A stretch of 64,000 bases of DNA from an uncultured virus (IMG/VR IMGVR_UViG_3300020049_001894) (Duplodnaviria > Heunggongvirae > Uroviricota > Caudoviricetes). The stretch lies in IMG/VR virus record IMGVR_UViG_3300020049_001894. One strand, given 5' to 3'. Each line of letters opens with the position of its first letter. The first letter of the stretch is position 1. The position numbers were made by a program, and so were the translations under genes. Shown piece by piece: positions 61,181 to 64,000 of the stretch. The notes below the pieces were generated by a model. It saw only the letters and a program-made list of their open reading frames with translations, had not been told where the DNA came from and searched no databases.

Positions 61181-63649
61181 TCATTGTCCTCTGACTATTG
61201 GCCGACCATGCGGTGACAGTCGGTATATCTCCTCCAGTTGCCGCTGCTTCGCCTGAATCACACCTTCACGGTACTCTTGGAACATGGACATGAGAGCCGG
61301 GTTAATCGCCCATTCGGCATGGTGCTGGTGTTCCCGTGATCCGTCATCCACTCGCATAACCCAGCAGGCTTTCTCCATAGCGCTCATGGCTTGGATAACA
61401 GTGGTATCGTTTTGGAACGAGTTGCCCATCAGTTGCCGACGACCTGAGTTCTTGATTGTGGTCAGGGTCAGTGTGCCCTTGTCGCAGTTGTGGATGATGT
61501 AGTCGGTAAGCCACATATCGAAGTTGCTGACCTCACCGATCTCCCCAAGGGCGTACTTGAATGCCGGGATCAGGTAGGAGCGCACGAGGTGGACTACTCG
61601 CTCCACGACACCCTCCTCTACTTCGGTGCTGAACGGACTCTCTATCAGGTGGAACACCAGCACCAGACGGCCTACGGTGCCCTCCAGCTTGCCGTAGGCG
61701 GTCATGAACGAGTCAGTGGCTTGGAGTAGACGCTCGTCCTGCTTGCGCCCCTCGTACCACATTTGAAACTCGCGGAACTTAACATGTGCCCCGGCGCTCA
61801 GGCGGTATGTGGTCGGATTAAGCGCATAGACTATGCGCAGAGTTTGCTCCCATTGGTCCTTGTTCGTCAGGTAATCGGGAACCGGGTTATTCAGTTTGGT
61901 CTTGGTGTGGTGCAGCACAGCAGGCAGGAACCGCTGGATCAGACCATCGGTGGCCATGGCCTTGAGATGCTCCTTGAACACGGCTGGCTGGCAGTTGCCG
62001 TAGATCGAGACGGCGAAGTTGTCACAGTGGATGCTCCCTGTACCAACCCGGTCCATGTCATACGATTCAGACTCGTAACCTACGACCCATGCAGAACGAT
62101 CCTCGCCGCCCATCTTGTCGGTCAGCTTGCGAATCCATGAGTTCATCTCGTCGAGGTAGCACAGCAGCCCACGGGGGCGCTCTGCTGCGTGACGCACGAG
62201 CTTCTGACTGGTGATGTCCGAAACGGTGATCTTGACCGGCACTGGCTGCGGGGGCAGATCGGGGATCGGTGGGGGTTCACCACCCATCAGGAACTCAGGG
62301 GTTGCTGCGTACTCAAGCGATGCCTTCTTTGCCGCTGCGTAGCTGGCCTCTTTCAGTTCCCAATCGAGTAGGTCTTTACGAAACCGGGGGTGATCCTCGC
62401 CCTCCAAGTCCTTGAGTAGCGTCATCATGGGGCGGCTACCCGGCGACTTCTTGTCCCCTGGATCACCGATGGTCATTAGCCACAGGATGGGAGGGACGCG
62501 GAAGCCCTCCATTAGCTCCAGCCGTGTCCGGGCATCCACTACCCCACAGACAGCAGCCAGACCAGCCCAGAGGGGAACCAAGGGGTCGCAACCCACCGCG
62601 CTACTGATCTCAGACGAGCGGGTTGCCAGTACCTTTGGGACAAGGGTCATGTCCAGTTCAGGAGGAGTTGGGCGCATCCCGCTCAATACGGAGCCGGGAG
62701 CCGTGGGGATGGTGCCCGTGGCCTTGAACAGTCCTGCGATGTCGGGCATGGGGCGCACCCACCCGTGATCCCGCGCGATGTGAAACAAGGTGCCTACCTT
62801 GACACTGTTCACCTTGTCCGACTTAAAGCTGTTCCACTGTGTCAGCATCTCCCGCTCACCGGGGTACTTGGCTTCGCTCTGCTTGCTCCACTCGTTCCAC
62901 AGGTACAGTGCTTGGTCAAGCTGGTTTGTCTGTGTACCTGCCCACTGTAGCGCCATGCCCACGTTCACCCACTCGTCACGGGAGCAGTCAGCAGGGATGT
63001 GCTCCACAGCCTTGCGAATATCTTCCCATGTGGCACCCAGCGCATCCGTGGTGCCGTCGATCCGCACACGCTCTTGATTCAGGAGTCCTTGCCACAGTGC
63101 GAGGACAGACTCTGGAATCTGGGGGAGGCGCATCCAGTTACCACGACCTGCCCAGCGATAGGGTTGATTGGTCTGAGGGTGGATGCTTGGTGGCAAGACA
63201 TCCTGCACCGTGGCACCGTTCGATGTGGCACAGCGCAACTCGTACACCGTGGCCCCGCCGATGATGATCTTCTTGCTAGGTAACACGACACCCGGAGGCA
63301 TGGCATAGAGTAGCTTACCGTGCCCTGCCCTCCCGCTGTCCACGATGACCGCATCCTGTGCATCATAGAGAGCGTTCAGGTCTACACCGTGACCCAGCAA
63401 CACGTTGACCGCTACACCCCAATCGTCTATGTCCAGCGCCATCGTTCCGCTGTAAGCATGTGCCAACCCGATACCGAAGCCGGGGGGTAGCTCTGTCTGT
63501 GACTTGAGGGTGTTCTGTTGCAGGTTCCACCCGATAGTACGTGGACCTTTGGACGAGGGTGGGATCGGTACAAGTGCCCAGCCGTGTCGGAGGTATGCGT
63601 CTACGCTTGCGGGGTGCTGGGCAACTTGGGGGTGAAGGACTGCGTTCAT
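61181..63649 (-). CDS. Second primase: Prim-Pol, PriCT-2-like and DUF3987/YfjI-like helicase domains
   Basis: YLRHGWALVPIP, ALDID, VLPPSIHP, WVNVGMAL, GDPGDKKSP, DEM, DGLIQRF. Confidence 0.85.
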   Translation of the reverse strand: MNAVLHPQVAQHPASVDAYLRHGWALVPIPPSSKGPRTIGWNLQQNTLKSQTELPPGFGIGLAHAYSGTMALDIDDWGVAVNVLLGHGVDLNALYDAQDAVIVDSGRAGHGKLLYAMPPGVVLPSKKIIIGGATVYELRCATSNGATVQDVLPPSIHPQTNQPYRWAGRGNWMRLPQIPESVLALWQGLLNQERVRIDGTTDALGATWEDIRKAVEHIPADCSRDEWVNVGMALQWAGTQTNQLDQALYLWNEWSKQSEAKYPGEREMLTQWNSFKSDKVNSVKVGTLFHIARDHGWVRPMPDIAGLFKATGTIPTAPGSVLSGMRPTPPELDMTLVPKVLATRSSEISSAVGCDPLVPLWAGLAAVCGVVDARTRLELMEGFRVPPILWLMTIGDPGDKKSPGSRPMMTLLKDLEGEDHPRFRKDLLDWELKEASYAAAKKASLEYAATPEFLMGGEPPPIPDLPPQPVPVKITVSDITSQKLVRHAAERPRGLLCYLDEMNSWIRKLTDKMGGEDRSAWVVGYESESYDMDRVGTGSIHCDNFAVSIYGNCQPAVFKEHLKAMATDGLIQRFLPAVLHHTKTKLNNPVPDYLTNKDQWEQTLRIVYALNPTTYRLSAGAHVKFREFQMWYEGRKQDERLLQATDSFMTAYGKLEGTVGRLVLVFHLIESPFSTEVEEGVVERVVHLVRSYLIPAFKYALGEIGEVSNFDMWLTDYIIHNCDKGTLTLTTIKNSGRRQLMGNSFQNDTTVIQAMSAMEKACWVMRVDDGSREHQHHAEWAINPALMSMFQEYREGVIQAKQRQLEEIYRLSPHGRPIVRGQ

Positions 63650-63735
63650 GGAGCCTCTGAAAATAATTTCAAAAATGTTTTGCGTTGTGGTGCATTGTAG
63701 ACTAGAATTGCGTCAACCGATAGGAATTTAATTAA

Positions 63736-63930
63736 ATGGCATCCACTCAACTGTCAACCAACATAACGATCCGCGTTAGCGGAAAGTTGCGTACCCAATT
63801 CCACAAAAAGGCCGAGCGACACGGTACTCCGTCCGAGGTCTTGCGTGAAATCGTCCTTGCTTTCGTCGAGGATCGTCTTGTAATCCAACCACCAGCTAAA
63901 CCTAAAGAAAGTCTCTATCATGTCCCTTGA
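63736..63930 (+). CDS. Ribbon-helix-helix DNA-binding protein
   Basis: ITIRVS..LR..F...A....TPSEVLRE. Confidence 0.7.
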   Translation: MASTQLSTNITIRVSGKLRTQFHKKAERHGTPSEVLREIVLAFVEDRLVIQPPAKPKESLYHVP

Positions 63931-64000
63931 ATTGAACATCCAACAGCTCACTGACGCCGTGACACAACTGATCCTCGTGATTGAATCACAGAAGCTGCCT
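63920..64000 (+). CDS. Start of a hypothetical protein, cut by the window edge
   Basis: MSLELNIQQLTDAVTQLI, open to the end. Confidence 0.55.
   Translation, partial: MSLELNIQQLTDAVTQLILVIESQKLP

Noticed and set aside
1..64000. Integrase/IntI, tRNA or rRNA genes
   Set aside because: No ORF with tyrosine- or serine-recombinase motifs and no tRNA or rRNA recognised by eye; an intI outside the window cannot be excluded.

Overview
Almost the whole window is a tailed-phage genome, probably podovirus-like, with no integrase or repressor recognised; the host is probably betaproteobacterial (inference). The minus strand (2.4-42.8 kb) carries ejection proteins, tail, lysis, capsid, portal, terminase, primase and helicase genes. 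The plus strand (43-55.7 kb) carries a thymidine-hypermodification cluster (dUMP hydroxymethylase-like, 5-hmU DNA kinase-like, amino acid:DNA transferase-like, PLP enzyme), a B-family-like DNA polymerase and recombination genes. The main discovery is in the small-ORF regions (0.7-2.0 kb and 56.9-60.3 kb), which are built like integron cassette arrays. They contain 11 complete attC-like hairpins (48-87 bp) with the extrahelical G and T, core boxes that complement each other across each cassette rather than within each site, and an attI-like site closing each array, but no integron integrase in the window. Cargo ORFs lie antisense to the canonical cassette orientation, and most read through the crossover point. 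After about 59.75 kb the sequence re-enters a diverged copy of the window start and then a second, different primase module, suggesting a second phage or an assembly chimera. All family assignments come from motif recognition by eye, not database searches.
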